A program made the position numbers and the translations under genes. A stretch of DNA of 64,000 nt from Iphione sp. A-MEVVRFRX5 (taxonomy: Eukaryota), in the NCBI GenBank assembly GCA_976226885.1, contig OZ320315.1, positions 46,128,001-46,192,000 of the forward strand, in the 5' to 3' direction. Shown in pieces: positions 12,901 to 27,260 of the stretch; within the stretch, counting starts at the first letter, position 1; each line of letters starts with the position of its first letter. The notes below the pieces were generated by a model, which was given only the letters and a program-made list of their open reading frames with translations, made no database searches and had not been told where the DNA came from.

Positions 12901-15900
12901 CATGTAACGCAAACTCTGTGAACAACATGGACCTGTCCATGTTTTTTATTCCTCGGAGGGTGCAGGAGGGACTCATACCTGAAACCTTATTAGAGGTCAT
13001 CAAGAATTTCCTTAAAAGAGTTTTTTATTATGACAGTGATGACAACATAAGGAATAAACTTAAATAATGTGAACAAATTCTCGTCAAGCTCGCATTTAAA
13101 AAGGAGACGTTTACTGGTCTTAATGTGCATGTATTTATCATAAGCTGTGCTGGTGAATACGTAGATTGTTTCTTGCTAAGGCTAAACCTGCCTGGACCAG
13201 TTGAGGGCGGATAACATTTTGCAAAATTTAACGCCTCAAGACTTAAATATTAACAATAAAAAACGTTGGTTAAAATTTCATTATGACCTGGTGAAACGAA
13301 GCTTCACGAAAAACGTTGTACACAGATTGACAGAGATGTGGCAATAAAACCTTCTAAGACATGAATCAGCAGGGAAACCATCCGAATGATCAACTATACT
13401 TCATCCCATGAGATATCATTGAAATTAAAGGACCAAAAGATCTGTAATATACTGTATTACACATATACATGTACATGTAATTGCTTTTATTTATTTGATC
13501 GATTTGAGTAGATGAAAAACAAACTTTACAATCGATGTTTTTTTTAACTGAAGCTCATCTTACTGCATGTAGGGTATAAAGTCCAGGAAGCTTCGGTGAT
13601 ATACCGAATATATTTTCTTCTTGAAAGAAGACTTTTAGATGAACAGCTGAGGGGTTTGAAATTGACACGATGGCGCACAATAAGCAATACATGTTGTGAA
13701 CGACATCCTTACATCCACCACGCCATATTGTATATTCTATCTGAAGCCTTTTACATTGAAACTATCTAACAATGAAAGCAATAGAATTGATATTAGTGTC
13801 AGCATCAGTGACTGAAACTGTATTAATAAGTGGCCAGGCCTTGTCCGATCTGTCTACAAATTCAAACCTCTTATTGCGGTATCCCTATCCCGCGCCTACT
13901 TCGTCGTACGAGTTAATATCCCCCGTATGGTAGCCATTTTGGATTGTGTGAAACAAGAGAGAGCTAACTACTCAGGTTACCTTGTTCAACATATCCTGCC
14001 CATTGACTTTCCTACGTGCTGTGTACAGCGAAATGTTTTGCTTCCAAACGTACCGAAGATGCACCATTAATGAATGTTCATCTTTAGTGACAACTGCAAC
14101 GTGTATTTTTCCAATGCACCTGTGGAAAAGATGATGTTATCATTACTCAAGGAAAGATGGCTTTCATGGTGGTCAAACAGATACATTTCGCCAAGATTTG
14201 TCTTCTTTACTCACTCTAATGTCTACGTTATATGATTTGTGCTATCAGTTCGTTCTGAAGCCGGTTTTATTTCACTTCAACAATAACGCTCTGCTCAGTG
14301 CAGCGTCATGTTTGACACCACCTCCGTGTGCTTTGAAGCCGATAAATCATCCCGGACATTTTAGTGTGGACAAACTCTAGTCATGTTTTGAAAATATTTG
14401 GTTCCTTATTATAAATCGATATGTCTACTTCGCGTCAGGAATGATAATCCCATAGCCTAAACCTGGCCGCATGTATCACACGATACGAAAACGTCAAGGG
14501 GTTTTATCAGCACTATACTCTCCATTCTACGTCGTAATCATTTCTCTCCCTGTAATGGTCCAGCTGACTATAACGGTAAAGAGCAATAATACGACCAAGG
14601 TCGGGTAACTAGCAGCAAGCTCCGAGTCCTGTAATCGGTCATGTTCAGTTATAAGGCACCTGGAGCAACAAGCCCCCTCCCTGTTCAATGTATTTCACAA
14701 AATTAGACCTAAATTACGAAGATGGGCTTTATTTGAAATGCATGTCACTAAGGTTTAAAAGAATATCAATAGGTAAACTTATAATAAAGAAAGGTTCGAA
14801 TCATTCGTGAAAAAGAATTTAGCCTCATTTCATATCCCTTAGACACATTTGCATTTACAAGCTGCACCATACATGAAATATAAATAACAAATACTGAATC
14901 TTTACTAGCAGCAAAGTTGTATCGACCTTAAAACGCTGTTCAAGAGGTCGTATGACTTAAATCTCAAAACTTCACAATAGCCATCATGGCATCCTCCCTA
15001 GGATCCTCTTTCCACCCCTCGAGTCTCAAAGTGTGGGACGTTTCCTCTCTAGACTTATCATGCAGAGGTACTTCAGTGTACTACTGGTCTTTAACATAGG
15101 ATTCTACGACCAGCAAATCCTCTTCAAACGAATAACAAAGCACCCCAGAAGGCAACCATAAACATAGCCAAGGATTTACAAAAACCCAAGTCTGTACTCC
15201 CAGAAGCTGCTTCACAGATCAATTAAAGACAACTTTAAAAGGCAGCTATGTCCCTGACGAAGCTCACAATATCGGGGAAATGGTTGCTTAGCACCCACCC
15301 AACTGGCGTCTTACACCATAACAAATTCATATCACGGCCATCTTGCATCTTCTTAGTGCTTGATGCATCATCGTTAATTAATCTTAACTATATAGCGTTT
15401 TGAATGGAATCTTCTGAAGTCTGATATATTAAATGCATATTATGTGTGTATAGCGGACACATAAGTCAATATCTAATAAAAGAAATTACGGCAACACAGG
15501 GGAAAATAAAATGGTGTAAATTTACGACGATTTGAGTTGGCTCTGACAAACTGGTTATGTTGCCAGTGGGTCGTGGCATGAATCATCCTGGTTGCCACAC
15601 CCGCTAGTCCTTCTCTGACAAGTAACCTAAAACTATTTACAGAACGATTAACATATAGGGTAACAAGCTATTACACTAAAACAACAACCTCTAACAAATG
15701 TTACGGATCGATACTAACTGTATGCCTATGTGTTCATTATGCTGACCGAAGAGACTTTCTTAAGAAACGTGTTCCATTTAGTGGCAATATGCTTGCAGGA
15801 GAGCTCTTGCCCCATATGGTGGCGAGGGTAGCCTCTTGCAAGGCAGTCCAATATTTACCCTGTTGAAAGTCTTTCAATATTTGGCTCACGCTGGCCCAGC

Positions 15901-16673
15901 CGATACCAAATTATCCGAATTCAGAGCTGAACTGAACCAACCAAGCCGAGACAAATGAAAGTTTTTTTGGTATCTAATGCTTATCGTAACCTAATATGTG
16001 CTGAGCTGCACAATTTTCGGCACAATGTTTTGTTGGTGGAGCGGGCTTAACTTTTATTATATATATTTTGACAGCTATAGCGACCAGGTTATACATGTAT
16101 ATATAAAGAAAGGCTTCATTTTTTTCCGCTCCCTAAGTGACTGTGTCTTTGTGGTATGGAGCAGTATGGAACCCACAGAACCTGTGGGTTCCACATGCAA
16201 GATAAAAAGAAAAAGTCATAACGAAGTAAAGAAAATGTGCATGCAAATATAATCTATCTCAATTTTTAGACCAGTATTTGCTGCACCATTAGATATGCAC
16301 AAAAGACAAACCAGGCGACTGAAGTGAAGCTAGGAGAGGTACCTTTCACCAGAGGCTGATGGGGTTTATTCCTGCTATAACACTTCCTTGGATCGATTTT
16401 GCAGTTAGGCTGCTATGGCAGAGTTCATTGAACATTTTATTCGTACATGGAATTTTGCTCAAAAAGAGTGAATGATTTTAGCACTGTGCTATTCATTCTT
16501 AACTTGTCTAGAGTCTGACCGAGGGTGCTCAGTAGACGTGGCAGTTATTCCCCATACAAAATCTAAATCAGGGCATTTGGGTAGATTCAAACTGACGCTT
16601 TCTCTATTTACCCCCGTTTCTTCAGCAGGCCGGGTAAGCATTCCATGTGCATATCTATGCGGATGTTTTAGAG

Positions 16674-16730
16674 GGAGAGAGAAAGAGATAGACAGAGAAA
16701 CAGACAGACAAACAGACAGATAAACAGACA
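16674..16730 (+). repeat. (AG)n/(AGAC)n microsatellite
   Basis: Direct inspection. Confidence 0.85.
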
Positions 16731-19199
16731 CACTGGTGTACGTCAGCACTTCTAGCTTATTCTCATCATGCCCAGATGGTCAATGCGGGGAGAGAGAAAG
16801 TATGACTATTTGCAAGTCTCTTCTTGGCCCTTACTTAAAGTACTGTTAGCATGTGCATGTGTGAGTATTGTTTGGGTGAGTCCTTACTTGGCTATGCTGA
16901 TTATTCGCACCACCAAGCCAAGCCAACAGTTGGCATGATGTCAATTCCAAAACTACTTCAATTCAATCTCACACATAAAAGGTTTCAAAATTAATAGAGA
17001 TGATGATACTTGACCATGTCTACAAGCAACACTACCAATAGAGTTATGAGATGGTACTTTGGTACACGAACTGCATGAATACATTATACTTGACAGTAAG
17101 CTACACCCGTATTACCTGGTTCAAAGTGCATGTATGTTACTTGGGTTTCCTCTGTTAATGGGAATTCAGCAATACACCTGCAACAAAATATAGTACTCAA
17201 TTACTTGTGACCATGGGTGCAAGCATGTCAAGTCTAAAATAGAAGCTCCAAGGTCATTCCGGATACTCGCTCTTTGATGTGAATGTAATAGTATCCGCTA
17301 TTGTCTTTATGCCCTGTTAAAACGATTCACGCACAGAGTTCGGCATAGTGTACTTCACTGAATGTATTATTTGCAAATTTTCCTCCTCATGGGGTTTCAT
17401 CATAAGTAGTGGCAAACATAATTATCACGTTTGTATAGTTATCTCATTTCTTGTCATGGAAAGGAGATGAAGTATATATATTGCTTAGAATATGTGTATA
17501 GTAGTTCGGGACGGTTTTAATTCCCCTGCTGTATTAAGTTGTGTAAATAATTACAGTCTCAAAGTACTTTCTTCGAAGCATTTGCCCTTATTGAACATGA
17601 AAATCTTTAAGGCAAGCAAATATTGTGATAATGAATAGATTCTAGAGGTTAGTGATCTTACAAAACGAATGCATAAACCATTGCTCTTCAGTTTTCTATC
17701 TAATCAAGTCATTTTGTTAATAGCACTAGCGGCTTGTCTGACATGCTTCCTATGAAGAGGCAACTAAGAAGCTGACCGGCGGACCATCTTCAACCTTTCA
17801 TTTGTAGCTACTTATATATAATCATTACTGTTACCTGTACCAGGGTGTATACGTGGGTGTGATTTGCCTTTGCAAGGGAACAATTTAGCAAATGCACCTT
17901 TTGATGTCCGAAATCCCCGTGATAACATCAAAGTGCCTATCCAGGAATATTCAAAATGGCTTCCGCCTTGAGGGTATTTCGTTCAACTAACATCATCATC
18001 CGTTGTTGTGCACTGGTGTTTCTGAATGTCGCTCGAGTTCATGTTCTCATCTTACTGCGTATTAATTAAGCCGTACCTCTTTAAATATTCTAAGAATGTA
18101 AAGTTGTCATAAAATCAAAGAATTACAAACAAGACACTGAACCTTGAATGTGGGACCGTTTATGTCCGCGCTGTTAGACACACACTTTAAGTATAAATGT
18201 CAGATACATTGAGGCGTTACCTTCGTTTTGGGGTATTGAATTTCGAACGTTGGGACGATGCCCTTGCTCAGATGTTTACTTGTTCTCTCTCTATTTGATT
18301 CATTAGCGCGATGACTATTTTAGCTTTCACTCCCACGTACTTAAAGGTGGCGGCTAGCACACGTTCTAGCCTCTGGCTGTGTTATTGGTAATACGTGCCA
18401 CTCATGTGTATTATGCCTGGCAGCCAGCGTGAAGACATGAAACTGTCTTGGCTGATGCTAGTAACACTTGGTTTTAATCATCGTCACGCAAGGTTATGGT
18501 AATTATATGTGCGAAGCTTCTTTAGCCCCTCTACCCTTTCGTACAAAATCCCAGCACGCCACATTATCCACGACTCTGATTGTCGAGAACACAGTCTTCG
18601 GTTCTATCCGAATCTGTTTCAACATTGGATGTCGGTGTAAGGTTTCCGATTGACGTTATCGACGAATATCTAGCTGGCCGTGGTGTCATCCAAGTAGTGT
18701 TGTACTCCTTTACGCGTCCCTTCATGAGAGCTTTGGGTTCCCTGGGAAAGCTGTGCTCCAAAGATTTTTAATCCCGTAACTGGTGTAGCGACACACATAC
18801 AAGGAACAGCACAGCTGAAAGCTCAAAGTGTGGAATCGATATTCCCTTCTATACACAATGGGATACAATTTGTTTCATCATCAAGATTGAAATTACGGTC
18901 TTGTAGCGCAGTAGTTTACCAATGTACGTGTACATGGTAAAACAAGGTAGTTCGTCCGGAAATCATTCTTCAATGTACGGTTCATGTAATTTTAAAAAAA
19001 AAACACTTATTTTTGCATGCCTCTAAAACAACTGAGTATAAGTAAATAAGCACACACACAGAAAAATAGAGTGAGACAGAGCAGATACAGAGGCAGCAAT
19101 GAAGTATGCAGAGTGTAGCACAGACCACTGCAAGGCCTTGTGGCACTGCGCTTCCTGAATCATTCAACTTGATTTGCCTATCGTGTAGCACTGAGATAC

Positions 19200-20320
19200 A
19201 CACACTGTGTTGCCAGATTGCTCTGTATCTACCTCATGGCGGATATTGCAGTAAACGAATTCAAAACCTTCACCGCAGCAATCATGAACAGTGCCGATTG
19301 CGTAAATTGCACGATCGAAGCAAAACAACTACTGTATAACAAATGATTAGCTGTCCTTGAACGTGTTGTCAGATTGTGTTGATGGCGCCATAAAGGACGG
19401 CAAGTGGCCTGTCTCTGATCTTTGCCCTTCGCAGTTCTCCTCAACAGCGCCCTTTCTTCGTCCTCCTTACAATTTTCTTCGTGCTGCTGGACAATTGTCC
19501 ACCGGCTTGTGTGTAGCTATGTAGGAGAACAATGGGTAGTCTGGGCCGGACGGACTGGGCTGTGCTCAAATTGAGACGAGGCCAGCCTGGAGGAACACAA
19601 AGGTGACTTGTAGTCCGGTCAGGCAAGCCTGGTGTCGAGTACACTGGCCGCGGTGGTACTCTTGACAATGTCAGGCCTGCAAATTGACGAACGGCAGGAC
19701 AAATGAAGTCGTTCGCCATGTGTAACGGTTCAGTTTGTATGCTGGTCGGGCATCTCGTTTGGTTGGATTAGTATGACCACCAGGTTTAGCTTTTCAACAC
19801 ACTGATACAAAAAAGCCACCCAGGATGATAGTTGGTTGGATAATCATCTCTGGGCGTTAACGCCGGTATCTGAACAAAGGGACTTTACACGGGCCAAACG
19901 ATTCCCATGGTAGAAAAGATCGGCCTTGGACAGAATTTGTAAAGACATTAGCGAAATTGGACTCTGGTACTTGTGTGAAAAGTTAGGACGGCTAGGCGCG
20001 ATGGGTCGAGAAGGGATGGCGTGGTGGGAAAAGGCCACTTGAAGGCTAAGACCAAATTGGTTGGTGCAAGAACACAGCTGTCCGTGATGATAGCTTTAAC
20101 ATGGCTGCTAAAGCCGGTGGATGGGCAGCGAAATGGGGCGACCATGAAACGGTGTACGAGGGCCAGTTGCACAGCTCCCAGGACGATAAATACTGGTTCT
20201 GATAGAGGTGCTTCCATATGCATGTCCAAAGGCCCACAGGACCTTTCAGTTGGTCCAGCAAGGGAATACATGTATCTACAGCATAACCCAACTTTAAAAC
20301 TATCCTTTTAAACATGCGCA
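19200..20320 (-). mobile_element. decayed Gypsy-like integrase remnant
   Basis: HAIPSRP...ILSKADLFYHGN (IPSRPW-KVGADLF), HSYTQAGGQLSSSTKKIVRRTKK (YPQSNG-AE-AVK-VK-LLKK) and RPLAVLYGAINT, in integrase order. Confidence 0.55.
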
Positions 20321-21180
20321 CTATCTATATACGCCCATGCAGGTTAGTTTCGGGTTGTACTTGTTTATGGTCTGCAGAACCTAATGGGTTTAGTAAGTAA
20401 AGGCATACTGTCTTTTGAAATAATTATGAAATACTGCAATGCATAAAGTGTAGTTTTCCTATACAAAGACCTTAGTATATACAGCTGGGACTCAGTTAGA
20501 GACCCTGTTGGGCAACCATACCACAGGAGAGACCAAGTCTGGCCAGAACAGACCGAATTTACTACATTTCCTATATGTAAAAGTATCACAGGAGAGACCA
20601 AGCTGCAGAGGCGACCAAATTGTGGGAGAGACCAAGATTTAGAGTCCCAAATATCAAGTGAATGCTCACAGTATAGTACCCCTTCTATTTAGCATTACAT
20701 GTATATATATAATATTGAATACTGTTAAATAATGGTACTACATTGGCATACCATGCAGCCAGTACTATATCTTTTTACAGCCGACTTTACATAAAGATGA
20801 CATAATGTACCATTATATTAGGATAAAGCATATATTGATTTGTATTTCCCCATTCTTTTTACATTATGGCTGACTGGAGAAAATTGTCCATATCTCAATC
20901 ATGATAATATTTCTGAATAATTGTATATAAATATCATGTCCTAGTCTACTATATCGTAGTAAACAGTGGATTCTATCATAATTTTATCATTACATGTTAC
21001 ATGTATACTATACATCATAATTTGCAACATGATAGCCCTGTATTTATTCAACAGTATGAAACTGTAATTACAAATTATTACAAAATTACAAAATATTAAT
21101 TTCACAGTCTATTGTAAAATAACATTCAAAAGTGTAAAAAAACAGAGTAATACTGTCATTTTATCACAATCTAAGAGTGT

Positions 21181-21520
21181 AATCAATCTATTGTATTAAC
21201 CAGAATATAGCACCATGACCATAACCATGGCAGGGGATACAAACATTCAGATAGATTGGTTAAGAGGATTATGAAAATAGGACGTACGAGGCTATCAGTA
21301 CGAAGACGGTTTGAGACGGATAAAGAATGACACAGCGTGCTGGCCATCAAGCAGGCAGCGAATTTGGAACCGGGGATAAGGAGTATGGAAGAGAGGAACA
21401 GGTTGGATGGGAGGATTGGATCACAGCTAGACAACTCCAGATGAGCACTGCATTCTTCACGGGCTTCTTGGAAAGGGGGTTAATCTTTGGAGATCATTGA
21501 AAGCTCATACAAGCCACTCG
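21181..21520 (-). mobile_element. 3' end fragment of CR1/L2-like LINE
   Basis: Minus frame RLRTDSLVRPIFIILLTN resembles the R-RT-RY--S-IP--I-LLN C-terminus, followed by an aatagattgatt tail. Confidence 0.4.
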
Positions 21521-23699
21521 AACGCCCGAATTGGAGTTTACCACATACGTTGCTGTATAATGTACATGTACTTCCAGCTGCCTGTTAGTTTTATGTGGAG
21601 TCAGGGAGTCTCACGCTGTCTTTTCTTAGGCATTGCTGTGAATAATTCGTAGCATTTACCCTTCATGGCTTACATAAGAGAGCATATACTACTCTTTTAC
21701 AAAATGCCTGTGGGATATCTTTCGAATCGAAAATTGATTAGAAAGAGAATGTTCCATAGGATGTGTACTTGATATGACAAGCACGTGGAAGTGTGTGTGT
21801 AAAATTTATAGGAACAAATTAACTGCAAATCCGCACCCCCCCCACCTCCATACTTTCCCATTATGCACTGGCCCACGTACATGTACATAGTGTGCAATCC
21901 TGCTTCCGGACAGGAGCGAATGAGGCGTACATCGATGGGAAAAATCTGGATTCTGTTCCAATAATAGTTTGGTAGCCAACTCGCAACGATCAATCGCCAG
22001 GTTGTTGCGTGTATAGTACGAAGGCAGAGTTGCGTGAGTCACCCGGTGATGTCAGAGGTCACGGCGAGGACTCGACGTGTACCATCGAACTGTGGCGCCC
22101 GGTCCGTAGGTGGCGGGGTGGAGTGGGTTGGTCGGGGTGAGATTGCGGGGCGCCGGTCGGGTTTGTCTGATTTATATTAGCCATAGTGCAGCCAGTTAAG
22201 CATGCCCTGGAATGACTTATTGACAAGCTCTTGTCGCTGAATGAGATATGATATCCACCCTGTTCCAGGCACTCACTCAGAACCCGTCACCGTTTCGAAG
22301 TTCCCTGCCGAAGTGTGGCTGAGGTAGGGGCCTGGAACTGTGAATCATGTCGAAGAACAATCTTTATCGTGAGGCATTTCCCGTCTTTTGAGTGCGCGGA
22401 ATGATCATTCTCAGGGAATTGTGACTGACGCTTGTCCTCCTGTTCATGGTTTTGATGTCTTGATGAAATTTACGGTGTGTGCTCTCCAGCAGCCCATATT
22501 TCCGAGTAAACTTCATTGATTTCAACACCTTTCTTTAAAGAAAATAAGATTTAGTTTATGTATGTACTCTATAGTCACTTATATGTATTTTACTCATGCT
22601 ATTGACAATTCCAAGTCAAAGCCAACCAGAGCTCCCTCGCGCAACATATTCAGATGAAGGACGACAGGCAATGACGTTCACAAAATCAGGGGAAATTCCC
22701 ACGAACTTCTCTGTGCCGTTTCTTCCACTCAAGTGTCAATGTTAGCGTGATACATTTTTATAGGGTAAATCGCTAAGTAAGTCCCCAGGCTAGATACTGA
22801 CAGCAGTAATGCACACATATAAATGCAATTTGTGGATTCTTGTCGCGTTTTATCTCATAATGCCAATGCAATTTACTCAAACCTCATATAGTTGTCGGTG
22901 ATAACTTGCCAGCCGATGTGCCAGCGGGTCTTCCTTTTGGAACTTCGCATATATATTAAATAATTACGTCAACGGAAAGATAAACCTGCCTGTTTCTCTA
23001 TTTTCCTGTCCTGGCCTTACGGTGTCAGGCGTATATAAAATATGTAGGATTTTAAATAGGGTAATTTGTAAAAAAAAAAAAAAAAAAATTAAAGCTGTTA
23101 CATTGAGGAGAACGACCTTCGAAATAATATCGTTCAGGCCTGAGGATTGCATCACGATGTGGAGATTGTGATAAGCTTTCGTTACCATCTCGTTTCCTGT
23201 CCTGTTTGCTTCTCAGGTGCTTGCCGCAAGGCTCCTCCTCTCCCATGTGGCGCACCACACCCCATCACGCGGTACCCACAACCGTGACGCTTTTTCTGCC
23301 CCTACCCCTCCCGATCCCAGTCGCATCCCCGGCGTTAAATGGAATTTCCGCGACGCCAAACACTTGGTTTTATGCAAGCTGGTATTGAATTACATTTACT
23401 CTCGTGTCGCATTCTGCACCCCGTTTAGTTTGGACGTGTTCGGCGTTCAAGATGCGCATTATTCTTTCAGAGAGAGGCACCCCCTTTGTGATAGTCTTTT
23501 ATTTCGCATCGTGCCGCTGTCCAATCAGCACTTCTTTTTTGGTAGCATTCTGGAAAGCACACTTCTAATAAAGCGTCAGGCATCGATTATTTCAGCCATA
23601 AATGATAGCTATTTACAACGATGCTCGAGCGACGGAAACAATTCCCAGAGCGCATTTAGGATTAGATGAATTTATCCGAATTTCGCTACATTAAAAACG

Positions 23700-24111
23700 A
23701 TCAAATGAATACTGATGAAACCCTGGTGTCTCTAAATTAAAGTTGCACCTATTAAACCAATGCACCTCTCTTTACAGCAACATTAGAACGTGTCAGTTCT
23801 TTGTGATCTAAGGGGAAGAATAACATAACGTGTTGGGGTGTTTAACTCAATCTCTATACATAACGACCAGCCATGTTGATACAAAACTATATCAACCGTG
23901 GTTTTAAGAGAATTGTCCCGTAGATTTATAATACCATTAGTGGTTTTCGAAGGTGAGGGATTCGCTCATTAAACCAACGAACAGAAGCATTAACTTCTGC
24001 GGAAATTTCGCCATAAATGGAATGGCATTTTGAATCAAATGCTTTTAAAAAGTCGCAAAATCCCTGTCCAATATAACGACTCGACAGACCACATGATGAG
24101 TCAATTCCCAA
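23700..24111 (-). mobile_element. LINE reverse transcriptase fragment
   Basis: GFCDFLKAFDSKCHS...RWF matches the (F)LDFSKAFD-V-H...W motif; downstream GTILLKPRLI*FCIN resembles QGSILGPLLF--YIN. Confidence 0.6.
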
Positions 24112-26099
24112 TATGGAGAAAGAAAGCTTGGTGAGTTATAAACTGCTCACTGCTGGCACGTATGGACGAGAGGTCTGGAGCAACTCGGCAGTAGTTTTAA
24201 GAGACAAATGCTGAAGACGCCCCGAGCAGGAGTCCACGCCATGTATTGTTGTTGTTTTGGAGCTCCAGTGGTTTATGCAATAACAAAGCCGGTAAACGAC
24301 GTATACCGGGTGTGATTAGACTGTTGGAGGTTAGGAGGCTCCTGGGAGGAGGAATGGTGGTTGTTTAGGGAGAGGTTATAACTAAGCTGTCGTGCGCGCA
24401 GGGGCCGCCGGCCGCCATAGATCAGGGGCTGTGTACGCCTTTATTGCCGGGACCCCTGCCGCCGCCTCACTCATTAACGTTACACTCTCATTCTATACTG
24501 ACGCGTCCCCCACCAGCCAACCCACTCACCGACCAGGCTGCACTGCACCGACGCTCAAAGACAATCTATATTTCACCCCGTTCCCGATTAAATTAACACC
24601 CAGTCGCAGTACTTCATTCCAGTGACCATGCATATTGGAGGCATGGTGACTGTGGCACATATCGTTATGGAATGTCGCGTAAAGTTGAATTCTGCTCACT
24701 GTTCATAACACAAAAGTAGTCCCTGTAGAAATTGGTTTCATCTGCGAAATGCCAGGCCAGATAGCCACTATTACTCAAGGACAATTGTCATTTATCTACG
24801 GCAGCCATTTAAGAGACACTCGACTTAGGACGTTGAGAAGTCAGGTTAGAAGGGCACTCAGCTGTAGGACGGTATTCTGTACAGAATTGTTGTAGAATGT
24901 TTTAGGTATGAGAGATACATATGATGCACGTAATTGTTTTGGATATACTGCCACAACATTGGAGCTTTTTCCGTTCAGAAAAAATAAAGGTCTGACAGAT
25001 TATAACATTCTTCTATTAAATATTTGGTGTCAGTGTAGCATAAGATAATACTATTCATTTGAAAATTCCTGAATAAACTTGACTTTCGGACCATTGCTAT
25101 GAAGAGTGATTTAAGAGGAATCCTTCAGCCGCGATACTTGTACTATATCTGCTGAATTCTGGCTAGATCTGGTTGGTCTGTACTGCCAACTCTAATGCAC
25201 TGCACAGCAAAGGTCTGTATGCATGGATCATCGATTTCAAACTTGATGCCCCTGAGGTACAGCCCCCCTCATCTCCCTCCCCCCAATACTGTGGATCCCA
25301 GGAGATAACAGGGCCACAGACACCAAGGCAAAGCTACCGCCATCAAGGTCTGTCATACGATCTGTGATAGAGTATCTGGCAAAGTAGGAGAACTCCTCGT
25401 TTTCTCTTTATAACAAAGGCCAACCAGACCCACCACAGACAGTTTTATTGTGATTAATAGCTCTCGGCGCATTGCCAAAGGTCTAACTTCAGTGTATGTC
25501 TATCCTACTAAGTAGCCTTATGACGATGTATGTAAGGGTGTCATGATATATTCATCTTTATACAATAGAGATATTTGTCAACGTGTTTTTTAAACGAAAC
25601 TTTTCTATTCGAAACAATTCTATCGCTAGATTTTTGGCATTCTAAGCGAATTGATCACTGGGATTGTTTTACATAATATTAATACGACTAACTTGTAGAA
25701 TGAAGCTTATATTTTCGCTCATTTTATGTTGAACGACATTTGCGATAGTATTTCTCTGCCTCAGACTGATCCGCATATTGAAACTACACGTGTTTTATCA
25801 TTTATTGTTCTTTTAAGAAGGAACTGCTTTTCTCCGAAGCATGATATATCTACCATATACTGATATAACGGCTCGTTTTTTTATGACAGCCTTGTTTTTC
25901 CTTTATTCTTTCACAGACCTAATTAGATATAGTCTCTATTACACGACCTCCATGCCGCTTCATCAGCAAAAAGGCGCCGCTGCAGGTGAGCTAGTGTGTA
26001 CGACAGGAAATCATGCGCCGGAAAGGAAGGTTTATTCCCTGAGCCTTGACTACTATTACTTCCTCCTTCTCATAGCCTAAAGCATCATTTATGAATGCA

Positions 26100-27260
26100 G
26101 ATATTGACCAAGAAAGCCGTACGGACGCACACTGAAGCAAGTCAGCCTTTGGAAAATGGAAGTTCAATGTACACTTGTCTGGGGCCCGCATCGACGCCGT
26201 ACAATGATACACGGGGACGGGAAGCGCCCAGTTCGATATTCAACGTTTCCATCGGTTAACACGTTGCAATAAGACTTGCAGTGTCCATTTGGTCGGTGGG
26301 ACACTAGTGGTGTTCAGAATTTGTGACGCGGAAACACTCCATGGAGCTTTTATGAGGCCACAAAGCATCACTATCGCTCGCTGATAAAACGCATCAGCTA
26401 ATGGACCGTGAAAGTGATAATGGCGCTCAGGGATCGCTCGCTACGTCCAAGAGAGGTCACTCAAACATTAGTGGCATCAGTGCACACTTTTGACGCAGCG
26501 GCCTAGCCTAAATTTCAAATGATCCAAGACCTCCCACTTGGAACAAGTCTTTTTTGAGCACATGTCCGTGTCTCCTTAGTATGGGTGCAGTAGCTATGTC
26601 CCTATGGTCCTGTACAGCTGTCGGGCACCTCCAATGTCCTAACGGCCCATCGACCTATGTTGATCTCGTTTGGCAGCTTTGTGGCGTTCTCATAAATGTA
26701 TAAGAAGGCACAGTGGGTGTGGACGTCGCTGATGATGATATCTTAGACAAGTAGATTAGCCCTCTGACCCGTATCCATTTCTCATAACGAAGGACAGACG
26801 CATGTGTCCTCCGCGCTTTAATATTCACAAATATATTCGATATAAAACCATCGACTGATATCGGCCCACAGGGTGCATTCTCGTTAAGACTGCTTGGTTA
26901 TGATTTACGTCTTTTCTATCGACATTGCCTCCAGGCCATATTACTGGAAGAAATAGGGCATCGAAGACTATGGAGCCAGCTTATTATATTCCACCTCCAG
27001 TTTCTTAAAGAAATATTAGTTTGATTACTGTAATTTTCTCACTGAAATGTATCTGCCATGGGGTTTTCGCTGGTTTAATTGTAACAGACTTCTTAAAAAA
27101 AAAAAGAATCCGTCTTCGCTCAGTTTGACTGCCTGAGGTCCACTGTAGGTAAGGAAAGCCTTCCAAATGCTCCATAGCTGGGCATAATGTGGATAATCCA
27201 TACCGGTAGGCGTCAATCTCTCCTGGAGAAAAGGGGATTATCCTTCTTCATTGGTGCAGA
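26100..27260 (-). mobile_element. decayed Gypsy-like reverse transcriptase remnant
   Basis: RLSLPTVDLRQSN*AKTDSF (RLCVDYR-LN-KT-KD-Y), LLV*DIIIS (YLDDII) and EVLDH (FLGH), in order; many stops. Confidence 0.4.

Noticed and set aside
14574-14600. gactataacggt resembling the LSU rRNA / I-CeuI site
   Set aside because: Only about 12 nt match, with no flanking rRNA sequence.
16472-16723. MILALCYSFLTCLES... ORF as signal-peptide exon
   Set aside because: The only plausible donor is phase 1, and the ORF runs into a microsatellite.
23217-23669. Longest upstream ORF in the track (150 aa) as a gene or as the alpha2delta signal exon
   Set aside because: No recognisable domain, it sits among minus-strand LINE remnants, and its frame has no phase-2 donor. 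The alternative frame (MWRTT...) has a phase-2 donor but a proline-rich, non-signal-like sequence.
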